This document shows positions 1 through 9,080 of a stretch of DNA of 64,000 nucleotides, one piece after another; within the stretch, counting starts at the first letter, position 1; every line of letters starts with the position of its first letter. The notes under the pieces were generated by a model, which was given only the letters and a program-made list of their open reading frames with translations, ran no database searches and was not told the DNA's origin. The DNA lies in the NCBI GenBank assembly GCA_036337435.1, contig JAYZEG010000058.1:96001-160000 (forward strand). The letters run 5' to 3'. Position numbers and translations under genes: made by a program. Source of the stretch: Myxococcota bacterium (lineage in GTDB: Bacteria > Myxococcota_A > Bradymonadia > UBA7976 > UBA1532).

Positions 1-327
1 GAATAGCGCGTCGCCATTAATGACAACTAAAGTGGAATTGGGTCGATGTCTTGCGAGCTCCCGGATTCCACCACCCGTTCCCTGCAAATCTGCCTCTTCA
101 ACTACATAGATGTCCGGCCTCAGTCGGGATGTATAATCGGAAACCTGATCAGCCAGGTGATAAGAATTAACACCAATGGTGTCAATCCCGAGTCGAGTGA
201 GATGACCGATGCAATAATCGATGAGTGGACGACCCGCAATAGGAACTAATGGCTTTGGACGACTATGAGTCAGCGGTCTCATTCTCGTTCCTAAACCAGC
301 GGCCAGAATGGCACCTGAAATTGTCAT
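1..327 (-). CDS. NTP-transferase family nucleotidyltransferase (MurU / sugar-1-phosphate nucleotidyltransferase-like), runs off the window edge
   Basis: Not in the ORF track. Manual translation from ATG 327 gives MTISGAILAAGLGTRMRPLTHSRPKPLVPIAGRPLIDY, the LAAGxGxRxxPLTxxxPKPL signature. Confidence 0.85.
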   Translation of the reverse strand, partial: MTISGAILAAGLGTRMRPLTHSRPKPLVPIAGRPLIDYCIGHLTRLGIDTIGVNSYHLADQVSDYTSRLRPDIYVVEEADLQGTGGGIRELARHRPNSTLVVINGDALF

Positions 328-423
328 AATTCGGTCCGTTAAAGTATCCATGTTAAGGGTGAGTCCCATAACCTCTCGCCCAATTGCAAGCCTTCAGGGT
401 AACCTATACAAAGTCGACAAAGA

Positions 424-2403
424 TTGCTTGAGTTCAAGATGATGATTACCCAGCTCCCACCACACCTATCCGCTTTGAGAGTTACGTGGTCTTTGTTGTG
501 CGCATTCCTTGTTATAAGCGCGTCGGGATGCCATCGCCCGGATAATTCATTGAGGCCACCTCCGGCGGTTGATCTCGAGGACGGAGGCAGCTTAGAACGA
601 CACGAATGGAGTCTGATTCTCGACCTCCGTATTCCTTTCTCTGACAATCCAGCCACGGGACCCTATACCATCTTGGTTATGGAGACAGAGACCGATCAGG
701 TGGTGCTACAAATTGACGTCCCATTTATTGACACATGGCCGCATACCATTCGATCAGACAAACAATTGAGGGGCTCTCATCAATTGGTCGCCTTTCTTGA
801 CAGAAACGCTGATGGACAATTTGATAACTGCCCGTTCCCATCCACCATGAATGCGACGGAGTCCGCCGATCAATTTGACAATATTCAATCGACAAAAACA
901 GTTACATTCCCGCTCAATAACAGCGTTGAGCTCAATTTTGAGCGCCGCATCTGCGGACCGGGTGTGATGGCCACGAAACTCGTAGGAAGCATCGAAGGGC
1001 TCGACTTCCCGACAGACGGACCCCTCAGACTAACGGCTGTCAATCGACAGGACGATTCAGTAATCAGGGTTCAGGTCGTGCCCTACACCGATCAAAGCAC
1101 AAATTCGGTGCGCTTCGAAATTCCTGAATTTTTGCCTGGGGTCTATGACGTAACTCTCTTTACTGACGAGGATGATGACTTCAATCCAACATCGTGCGAT
1201 GCGCTTTTCGGAGGGGCTGATAGACATGTAGCCTCGCCCGTCTCCGTCACTATCCTCGACGGTGTATCAAATGAGGTCGATGCACCATTTCAATTCAGCC
1301 CGTCAGTATGTCCGGAGCGATTGACCGGGGTGTCCGGGTCCATTGGTTTTGGCTCCACCATCCCTATTGGTGATCTAAACCAATCATCGCTATCTGGACT
1401 CGTGGAAGGAAAACTCTGGATTAATCTGTATCCGCTCGACGATAACTCTGAGTCTATCGATGTCCCGATCGAAACTGATCTCCTCGCTCGGAGTGGACCA
1501 TTGAAGTACACGGTTACAGGCGTGCCAACCGGTCTCTGGAGACTGACGGCCTATATCGATCGAGATGAGGACCGATTCTTCAGTCCATGCAACACTGTTG
1601 GCGGAGGCCTGGATGCGATTTCTGGGTCTGTGGACTCTATCCGAATTCAACCAGAAGAAATTAGCCGAACCGGAGACGTTGTCCTCGACGTCATCGAATG
1701 CGACGAATCGAGCCTCAGTGCGGTGCGGGGGGAACTGACCATTGTCGGAGAGAGCGGGCCTATCGGCAGTGGTCGACGGGTCAACCTACACGTGACCAAA
1801 TCAGACCAAGTTGGCGATTCCCAAACGATTACAATTTTCGAAAACCATAACGACCACATTGGCGCAACAAGCCAATTTTTAAAACAGCTGAATCCAGGTC
1901 AGTACACTGGCCAATTCTTTGTCGACACAACACGTGACGCTCTATTCAATACGTGTACACCAGACACATATGGTGACCGCTATGTGAGCCAGGATATTGC
2001 CTTTGATATTTCAGAAAACACGATTACGGAGCTGGGTTCATTCGTGCTGACGCCGGCCGCTGACTGCCATGACGCAAGCCAAGAGGTCCAGATTGTTGTG
2101 GACGCCTCGAATGTGTCAACCGTCATCCCGCAAGACATGTATCTACTTGTTTCGGAATCGGGTGGCTGGACGGAGATCTTCTCACTTCGTGATCAAAACC
2201 TAGGTGCCTCGTTTAGCGTGGGCACATTTCCTCCCGGAGATTACCGACTCACCGTTTTCCAAGATGCCAATTCCAACGGCTCCTTCGACGATTGTGATCT
2301 CGATGGTCTAGACACGGTCTATGGAACAACCGTCTTGGAAATTGATGCCGATTTATCGCCGCCCGAAACACGAATTAACTTACGGATAAACTGCACCCAA
2401 TAA
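424..2403 (+). CDS. Putative lipoprotein with five tandem beta-rich repeats, each with a DxDxD-like loop and a Cys pair
   Basis: Hydrophobic signal ending in ASGC (Cys36). Repeated G-x-[YWH]-x-x-x-x-[FY]-x-D-x-[DN]-x-D...C motif. True start is probably ATG 439 or 442. Confidence 0.7.
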   Translation: MLEFKMMITQLPPHLSALRVTWSLLCAFLVISASGCHRPDNSLRPPPAVDLEDGGSLERHEWSLILDLRIPFSDNPATGPYTILVMETETDQVVLQIDVPFIDTWPHTIRSDKQLRGSHQLVAFLDRNADGQFDNCPFPSTMNATESADQFDNIQSTKTVTFPLNNSVELNFERRICGPGVMATKLVGSIEGLDFPTDGPLRLTAVNRQDDSVIRVQVVPYTDQSTNSVRFEIPEFLPGVYDVTLFTDEDDDFNPTSCDALFGGADRHVASPVSVTILDGVSNEVDAPFQFSPSVCPERLTGVSGSIGFGSTIPIGDLNQSSLSGLVEGKLWINLYPLDDNSESIDVPIETDLLARSGPLKYTVTGVPTGLWRLTAYIDRDEDRFFSPCNTVGGGLDAISGSVDSIRIQPEEISRTGDVVLDVIECDESSLSAVRGELTIVGESGPIGSGRRVNLHVTKSDQVGDSQTITIFENHNDHIGATSQFLKQLNPGQYTGQFFVDTTRDALFNTCTPDTYGDRYVSQDIAFDISENTITELGSFVLTPAADCHDASQEVQIVVDASNVSTVIPQDMYLLVSESGGWTEIFSLRDQNLGASFSVGTFPPGDYRLTVFQDANSNGSFDDCDLDGLDTVYGTTVLEIDADLSPPETRINLRINCTQ

Positions 2404-2410
2404 AGCCGCG

Positions 2411-2439
2411 TTGACACAAAACAAAGCCCTCCTTATATT
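2411..2439 (+). promoter_or_regulatory. Sigma70-type promoter for the GT2/GT-C operon
   Basis: TTGACA (2411-2416), 17 nt spacer, TATATT (2434-2439), about 40 nt upstream of ATG 2481. Confidence 0.7.
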
Positions 2440-2480
2440 ACCGAAATTTTGTTTTTGTAATGGTTATTTGAGCCCTACCC

Positions 2481-3989
2481 ATGACCCCAATCGATGTGAC
2501 AATCCTAGTGCTTCACTTCTTCGTGTTGGGCCTACTCGTTATTTTTGGGCTCCATCGATACACTTTACTTAAACTCACGCTCAAACACCGGAAGAGTGCT
2601 GATCCCAGTGCACCTCCGCCAAAAGAATATCCGAAGGTAACCGTTCAATTACCGATCTACAATGAACGGTATGTGGTGCGTCGTTTAATCGACCATGTCT
2701 GTCGATTGGACTATCCTTCTGATCGACTCGAAATACAGGTTTTGGACGATTCTGATGATGACACGTCGAAACTCATCCAAACCGCTGTGCTTGACTGGCA
2801 GCAACGCAACATTAACATCATTCACGTGCAAAGAGCCGAGCGGACAGGATTTAAGGCTGGGGCTCTCGATTACGGCATGCAAATCGCCAAAGGCGAGTTG
2901 ATTGCTATTTTCGACGCCGACTTCATTCCAGAAAAACAATTCCTCAAGACGGTTGTATGCCATTTTGAACGCGCTGAGGTTGGTATGGTACAGGCGCGTT
3001 GGGAACACATAAATCGGTCTCAATCGCTCCTCACTCGCGCGCAGGCCATCCTGTTGGATGGTCATTTTCAAATCGAACACTTTGCGCGAAATCGGGCCGG
3101 ACTGTTTTTCAATTTTAATGGCACGGCGGGCATTTGGCGCAAGGCTTGTATTTCAAGTGCCGGTGGCTGGCAGCATGATACCATTACGGAAGATTTAGAC
3201 CTCTCGTATAGAGCGCAACTCAAAGGTTGGAAGTTTATTTATCTGCGGGACCTGAGCGTTCCTGCAGAGTTGCCAGGTGATATGAATGCATTCAAAACAC
3301 AACAACATCGTTGGGCAAAAGGATCAATTCAAGTCGCTCGGAAGCAGTTGAAGACCATCATCAAGAGCGAACAGCCATGGCGAGTCAAACTCGAAGCCGT
3401 TCTGCATCTTACCAATAATTTTGCCTACGTATTGTTAGCCATCATGTCACTGTTAATGCCTCTGGCGATACGGATTCGAGTTCAACATGACTGGCACGAA
3501 GTACTGTACGTGGACCTTCCTATTTTCTTGGGGGCCACGCTGTCTGTCTTCTCGTTCTATCTTATAAGCCAACGCTCGAACCAAATGAGTTGGGCTCGAA
3601 AATGTCTAGAGATACCCATTGCAATGGCCATTGGAATTGGGCTTGCGGTGAATAATACGCGAGCGGTGTTCGAAGCATGTATAGGACACCAAAGCCCCTT
3701 TGCTCGAACACCCAAACTGGCTTTATCCAATGGTGAGAAGGGCCATCGATCGAGCACAAACCAAAGCTATAAAAGCCGATTCGATTTTGGCAGTCTCGTC
3801 GAGGTTGGACTCGGTCTTATCTATCTGCAAACCCTCATCTATTGTTGCGTGGAAGAGATCTACCCAGCCCTACCTTTCATGGGTCTTTTTGCCTTTGGAT
3901 TTCTCTATACGGCGGCATCTAGCATCCAACAGTCAATTCGCAATCGGTCCCAATCAAGACGGACGATCCAAACTCAACAATCCGCATGA
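2481..3989 (+). CDS. Processive GT2 glycosyltransferase (cellulose synthase-like / CslA-like)
   Basis: QLPIYNE, DDS, KAGAL, FDADF, TEDLD and QQHRW (D,D,D,QxxRW); N- and C-terminal TM helices. Confidence 0.9.
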   Translation: MTPIDVTILVLHFFVLGLLVIFGLHRYTLLKLTLKHRKSADPSAPPPKEYPKVTVQLPIYNERYVVRRLIDHVCRLDYPSDRLEIQVLDDSDDDTSKLIQTAVLDWQQRNINIIHVQRAERTGFKAGALDYGMQIAKGELIAIFDADFIPEKQFLKTVVCHFERAEVGMVQARWEHINRSQSLLTRAQAILLDGHFQIEHFARNRAGLFFNFNGTAGIWRKACISSAGGWQHDTITEDLDLSYRAQLKGWKFIYLRDLSVPAELPGDMNAFKTQQHRWAKGSIQVARKQLKTIIKSEQPWRVKLEAVLHLTNNFAYVLLAIMSLLMPLAIRIRVQHDWHEVLYVDLPIFLGATLSVFSFYLISQRSNQMSWARKCLEIPIAMAIGIGLAVNNTRAVFEACIGHQSPFARTPKLALSNGEKGHRSSTNQSYKSRFDFGSLVEVGLGLIYLQTLIYCCVEEIYPALPFMGLFAFGFLYTAASSIQQSIRNRSQSRRTIQTQQSA

Positions 3990-5428
3990 TCAAGGGTCGC
4001 TACGGTGATTTATCACCACTTCTATTCGGGGTTTTAGCAGGACTCACTCCACCGTTGCTGTTTTTTTCAGCGAGTTCAGCTGGGTTACATTCACAATATG
4101 CGCTCATTTATGGATACGGGCTTGCTGGAATCCCCTTCTACATCATGTGGATCAAGGTAGAAAAACTACCCCAAGAGAGAACCACGCTTCTGGCGATTTT
4201 AACTCTTGCGGCTTGTGTCCGTTTTTTGAGCCTCACCGTACCGCCACTACTATCAGAAGACCTTTGGAGGTACATATGGGACGGGTCTATAAGCTGGAAT
4301 CATATCAACCCCTACACCTACGCACCCAATGATCCAAGCCTCGATCTCTTAAGTCGGACCGAGAATCTCTCGATGGTTCGAGATCAAATAGGCCACGGGG
4401 AAATCCCGACTATTTATCCTCCGGGTGCACAGCTTATTTTTGCCCTCGCAACCAGCGGGGGTCCATCCCAAATGATGATGAGAACAATGATGATAGCTGG
4501 GGATCTCATCAGTATTTTTATGATTTGGAAACTTGCTGAAATTCGGAAAATACATCCTGGCTGCTCTGCTTTATATGCGTTCCTCCCCCTGGCATGTATG
4601 GAGTCAAGCATTGGAGGTCATGTTGATTCGGTTGGTATCGCATTTCTTCTGACAGGGGCTTATTTTTCAGCGAATAGACGCTTATTACTGGCGGCAATTT
4701 CGCTGACTTTCGCAGCTGGAATTAAATTGGCTCCCTTGGTTCTACTGATCTTTCTCTTTCGACAAAACAAGCGCCTCTTCTGGTCTTTATTGTCCGTCAC
4801 AGGAGCCTTTATTCTATGGTCTGCAATCCAATATCAAACGTACCCCAAGGGTCTTGTTGCGTTCGCTCATAAATGGCGGGGAAATGATGGCTTATTTGGC
4901 CTGATTTATGCTGTATCCGAAATGAGCATACCGGTCTTTTCAGAAATAATTCGGACGTCACCGTGGGCTACGAAGATCGTTTATGTATTGGTCGGTGGGG
5001 ACACAATCAATCCGCTCACGAACTCTCAGTGCGCGTTTGCATTGAGCAAAATTTGCGTTCTATTCATCCTCGGCTTAATGACGCTGTGGACGCTTTTAAA
5101 ATGTACTAACTTGCTCAATGCCTGGTGGCTTTTCATGGGTACTCTGTTGCTAATTTCCCCCATGGTGCACCCGTGGTACTTAGTTTGGGTACTTCCAATT
5201 TGCTGCTTGGCCAATGGCGATGAGTCCAAACGCTTTGCCCAAGCGTTCATTGTCTGGGGACTTGTTTGCTGGCTAGCATACTTGCCCAGACCACAATACC
5301 TCGAGACAGGCATCTGGACTGAGCAAGCCTGGATTAAAGTACTCGAATATGGTCCAGTTTGGAGTTTACTCATCATGGCAATCATTGGTCATTTTCGAAC
5401 GAATCGAGTCCAGGCGAAGCGCGATTAA
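3986..5428 (+). CDS. GT-C fold polytopic glycosyltransferase (GT87/DUF2029-like)
   Basis: SEDLWRYIWDG, NPY, PTIYPP, GHVD and VHPWY motifs; many TM segments; ATGA overlap with the GT2 gene. Confidence 0.75.
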   Translation: MIKGRYGDLSPLLFGVLAGLTPPLLFFSASSAGLHSQYALIYGYGLAGIPFYIMWIKVEKLPQERTTLLAILTLAACVRFLSLTVPPLLSEDLWRYIWDGSISWNHINPYTYAPNDPSLDLLSRTENLSMVRDQIGHGEIPTIYPPGAQLIFALATSGGPSQMMMRTMMIAGDLISIFMIWKLAEIRKIHPGCSALYAFLPLACMESSIGGHVDSVGIAFLLTGAYFSANRRLLLAAISLTFAAGIKLAPLVLLIFLFRQNKRLFWSLLSVTGAFILWSAIQYQTYPKGLVAFAHKWRGNDGLFGLIYAVSEMSIPVFSEIIRTSPWATKIVYVLVGGDTINPLTNSQCAFALSKICVLFILGLMTLWTLLKCTNLLNAWWLFMGTLLLISPMVHPWYLVWVLPICCLANGDESKRFAQAFIVWGLVCWLAYLPRPQYLETGIWTEQAWIKVLEYGPVWSLLIMAIIGHFRTNRVQAKRD

Positions 5429-6142
5429 AAACTCGCGATTTCCGCCCGTCCCAAAAATAGGGCTTTCGATGAGTCCAAGCACCCGAGCTCCCAGACCTTC
5501 CATAGACCGCGCGATATCGTCACAAACTCGCTGATGAATCTCAGGGTCTGTCACGATCCCTTTCTCTCCAACTTCATCTTTTCGCGCTTCGAATTGCGGC
5601 TTAATGAGTAAAACAGCCGATGCCTTTGGCTTGAGCAGAGGCAAAACCGGTGGGATGAGCCGTATGAGAGAATTAAATGACAAGTCTGCTACGACAAGAT
5701 CAATGGGTTCGGTGATGTGTTCCCGGGTCAAATCGGCTACGTGGGTTCGCTCGAGACAAACAACCTTGTCATGGCCCCTGAGGGACCAATCAAGCAAACC
5801 GTAACCAACATCGACGGCATAAACCATCTTAGCACCGTCACGAATGAGGCAATCGGTAAACCCGCCCGTGGACGCACCCAGATCGAGGCATATCAACCCA
5901 GAGACATCGATCTCGAATGCACGCAAGGCTCCCTCAAGTTTGAGGCCACCCCGACTGACATATTTCTGCGCTTTGCGACTTCTCACCCTGACGGATGAAT
6001 TTTCGTCTACGAGCAACCCTGCTTTATCCAATCGACTCTCACCGACAATAATTTCTCCGGCCATAATGCGTGCTCTGGCTTCCTGGACGGTCTCGACCAA
6101 TTCTCTTCTGAGAAGGAGCTCATCAAGCCTAATTTTGGCCAT
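5366..6142 (-). CDS. tlyA: TlyA family rRNA 2'-O-methyltransferase
   Basis: N-terminal S4 domain (RLDELL), YVSRGGLKL, LDLGASTGGFTD, DLSF, LIKPQFE, GNREF. Confidence 0.95.
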   Translation of the reverse strand: MAKIRLDELLLRRELVETVQEARARIMAGEIIVGESRLDKAGLLVDENSSVRVRSRKAQKYVSRGGLKLEGALRAFEIDVSGLICLDLGASTGGFTDCLIRDGAKMVYAVDVGYGLLDWSLRGHDKVVCLERTHVADLTREHITEPIDLVVADLSFNSLIRLIPPVLPLLKPKASAVLLIKPQFEARKDEVGEKGIVTDPEIHQRVCDDIARSMEGLGARVLGLIESPIFGTGGNREFLIALRLDSIRSKMTNDCHDE

Positions 6143-6984
6143 TACACCGTCCTGATTCGAATCAACTCAATGAAATTAAGTAAGTCATCATGATGACCGT
6201 TGATTTGGGTAAGGGTGGCCCGACCAGAGTCAGCTGTTCGATCTCTCAATTCTTCAATCTGCTCAATGGATAGATGATTAATGAGATTCTTGCCATCGTC
6301 TGTTCCGTCTTCGTCCAGATCCAGCAGGTCGTCAGTAATTTGAAAAAGAGAGCCAATTTGGTTACCCAAGCGACGATACAAGAGTTGTTGTTCGTATTCG
6401 ACATCAAGCAAAATGGCCGCTCCTTCGATGGCCGCAGTGATCAAAGCCCCCGTTTTCAAAGACTGCATGTATCGAATCTGAGCAACGTCGCTTAACTGGC
6501 CGCTCATGTCATGAATCTGGCCACCGACCATCCCTGCACCACCTGCAGAGTTTGCCAATAGTTTGACCAAGGATTGAGACGTTCGAGCGTCCTTGACCAG
6601 AGCCGAAATGGTCAAGAAAGCTTGGGTGAGAAGGGCATCGCCAGCTAAAATTGCGTTGGCCTCACCAAAAACAATATGGCACGTGGGTCGACCACGACGC
6701 AGATCATCGTCGTCCATGGCTGGCAAATCGTCATGAATCAAACTGTAAGTGTGAATCAGCTCAATTGCCAATGCCCATGGAAAAACATCTTCAGCTGTGG
6801 CACCTCTCGAGGCTGCAACCAGAAAAGTCAAAATCGGACGAACTCGTTTGCCCCCACCAAACAGACTGTGAGCAGTTGCTTTTCGAAGCGTCTCTGGCCA
6901 GTCCTCCCAACGATCAAACTCCGATTGTAGGCGGGATTCAAACTCAACTCGGTAGCTATCGAGTTTATGCCTTAAGCTTGTCAT
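6142..6984 (-). CDS. ispA: Polyprenyl (farnesyl) diphosphate synthase
   Basis: GGKRVRP, first Asp-rich motif HDDLPAMDDD with RRG, GQ, KT, second Asp-rich motif QITDDLLD; follows xseB. Confidence 0.9.
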   Translation of the reverse strand: MTSLRHKLDSYRVEFESRLQSEFDRWEDWPETLRKATAHSLFGGGKRVRPILTFLVAASRGATAEDVFPWALAIELIHTYSLIHDDLPAMDDDDLRRGRPTCHIVFGEANAILAGDALLTQAFLTISALVKDARTSQSLVKLLANSAGGAGMVGGQIHDMSGQLSDVAQIRYMQSLKTGALITAAIEGAAILLDVEYEQQLLYRRLGNQIGSLFQITDDLLDLDEDGTDDGKNLINHLSIEQIEELRDRTADSGRATLTQINGHHDDLLNFIELIRIRTV

Positions 6985-7202
6985 GTCTGATCTTCATCCT
7001 CGCGAATGAGTGTCGCTTGGAGTTCTTCCACGCGATTTTCTGCACCTTCCAACAAAGTGTTTCCAGTCCGAGCAAGTCGAACACCGTCTTCGTATAGTTT
7101 TAAGGCTTCATCTAGCGGAAGCCCCCCGGCTTCCAACCTCTGAACAAGAGATTCTAACTTTTTTAAAACGTCTTCGAAGTTTTCACTTTGCTCATCGCTC
7201 AT
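6981..7202 (-). CDS. xseB: Exodeoxyribonuclease VII small subunit
   Basis: FEDVLKKLESLVQRLEAGGLPLDEALKLYEDG; coupled to xseA. Confidence 0.95.
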   Translation of the reverse strand: MSDEQSENFEDVLKKLESLVQRLEAGGLPLDEALKLYEDGVRLARTGNTLLEGAENRVEELQATLIREDEDQT

Positions 7203-8578
7203 TTAAATTCCTTGCTTTCATTGGGCGTACCTTGAGTATCAGAGTATATGTCAGTCACAAGCGCATCTACCATACCATCTGCGAACAGCACTCGAATTGA
7301 ATCATTCGTCTGTAACTGACTCGCGCTGCTGATCAGCTGCTTATCTTTCCGGGTGATGCTGAACCCTCTACTGAGGTTGGCGAGCGGAGACAAGGCATTG
7401 AGTTTTAGGGCGGAGTTATTGAGTTGATGAGTTGCTGTCTTGATAATCGAATCAATCGCGCGCTCTAAAGCGAGCGACGTTGTACTCAAACGGTTTCTCG
7501 ATTGTGAAAGACGGACTGTTGGCTCGACTCGAATCAACCGACGCTCAAGGTCTCGTACGCGACGTTTACTTTGCGACAGATGCCTCCCAAAGGCTTGCTG
7601 TAAACGCTGCATTTTCTGATGAATCGGGAGTCTGAGCCTCCGGGGATCAACGCTTGATTGCAATCGATATGAAAGCGAAAGAAGAACACTCCGATTCGTC
7701 TCTAATTGGAGAGTCAAAAGACGAGTCATGGATTCCGTAAGCACGTCTAGTGAATACAAAAGGTCGTCTCGAACTGGAACCGCGAGCTCGGCTGCAACAG
7801 ATGGGGTTGGTGCTCTGCAATCGGAAACAAAATCAGCGATTGTGGTGTCAGTTTCGTGGCCAACTGCACTGATGATCGGTTTTTTCGAGGTCGCAATCGC
7901 TCGAGCCACCTTCTCTTCATTAAACGCCCACAGATCTTCAAGGCTTCCGCCTCCACGACCGACGATAATTACATCCACACTCGCGTGGTTGTTGAGGGTT
8001 CGAATCGCTCTAACAATGTCGCCGACAGCGTGCTCGCCTTGAACCGATGCTGGACAAATAACAATGGGAATCTGGGGCGATCGACGTTGGATAACCGATT
8101 CAACGTCTCGACGTGCAGCCCCTGTTGCACTCGTCACCAAACCAACAGCGCGAGGCAAAAGTGGGATCGGACGTTTGCGGGATGATTCGAAGAGGCCTTC
8201 TGAGTCTAGCTTTGCTTTGAGGGCCTCAAATTGCGCCTGCAACCGCCCCAGTCCCACCGGCTCAATTGAGTCGATGATGAGCTTGTAACTGCCCTGGGGC
8301 GCGTAGACATTCAAACGCCCCTTTACGAGTATGTGTTCACCAGACTGGGGCCGATAACGCAAACGCTGAACTGTACTCCGCCAGACAATTCCGTCTATGC
8401 GGGCATGCTCATCTTTCATGGTCAGGTATACGTGGCCACTTCGATGTGCATTAAGTCCACTCAGTTCGCCCTCAACAATGACATAGTCGAAGGTTTCCTC
8501 AAGGTGTCTCTTAATTTTAGCGGTTAATTGGGAGACGGACAGCGGACTCGATTTGGATGAGTTGATCATGTCGTTCAT
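7199..8578 (-). CDS. xseA: Exodeoxyribonuclease VII large subunit
   Basis: SGHVYLTMKD, RGGGSLEDLWAFNEE, GHETD, PTPS. Confidence 0.97.
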   Translation of the reverse strand: MNDMINSSKSSPLSVSQLTAKIKRHLEETFDYVIVEGELSGLNAHRSGHVYLTMKDEHARIDGIVWRSTVQRLRYRPQSGEHILVKGRLNVYAPQGSYKLIIDSIEPVGLGRLQAQFEALKAKLDSEGLFESSRKRPIPLLPRAVGLVTSATGAARRDVESVIQRRSPQIPIVICPASVQGEHAVGDIVRAIRTLNNHASVDVIIVGRGGGSLEDLWAFNEEKVARAIATSKKPIISAVGHETDTTIADFVSDCRAPTPSVAAELAVPVRDDLLYSLDVLTESMTRLLTLQLETNRSVLLSLSYRLQSSVDPRRLRLPIHQKMQRLQQAFGRHLSQSKRRVRDLERRLIRVEPTVRLSQSRNRLSTTSLALERAIDSIIKTATHQLNNSALKLNALSPLANLSRGFSITRKDKQLISSASQLQTNDSIRVLFADGMVDALVTDIYSDTQGTPNESKEFK

Positions 8579-8621
8579 GTAACATGATCCCCTTGCTGAG
8601 GCTACGGATGAACCTGTCGGA

Positions 8622-9080
8622 TTATTCCTTCAAGTAAAAGGCAAGGATAAGTATTCCGTCCTTGTGCCTTATGCCTGCCTGATAGAACAATTTTTTAGGC
8701 ACCGCCCGTAATTTCACTTTGACTTTGTGCTTCGGGATTTCGAGAGAGAGCTTGTGCACCCTATTCTTGCCGGCTTTCGGTACACTTCCAACGTATTTCA
8801 CCAGTGCTTTGTAACCAGTCGGCAATGCGACATCGGCTGTCTTTTGAGGCGCGAGTTGAAAGGCATTCTTGGACAAGAGCTTGAACGATCCATACTGACC
8901 GAATGCTGTCTTGAGGGATTTCGCCATGACCTTACTGATTTTCGCGTCTGTGGGACTTTTAGCCATGGTTGCATGAACCACAGCAACCTTAAGTTCGACG
9001 ACAGCATATGCCTGGCTTGAGAACCCAAACAGTCCCAAGAAAAGCAACAGCTTCAACATTTTTGAAAGCGGCTTATACAT
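8622..9080 (-). CDS. Small, very basic exported protein, third gene of the ECF sigma operon
   Basis: Signal peptide ending in AYA; Lys-rich mature part; start overlaps the anti-sigma stop. Confidence 0.7.
   Translation of the reverse strand: MYKPLSKMLKLLLFLGLFGFSSQAYAVVELKVAVVHATMAKSPTDAKISKVMAKSLKTAFGQYGSFKLLSKNAFQLAPQKTADVALPTGYKALVKYVGSVPKAGKNRVHKLSLEIPKHKVKVKLRAVPKKLFYQAGIRHKDGILILAFYLKE

Noticed and set aside
2481..3989. Cellulose synthase bcsA
   Set aside because: No PilZ domain, no bcsB/bcsZ/bcsC, and the protein is too short. Kept as a generic CslA-like GT2.
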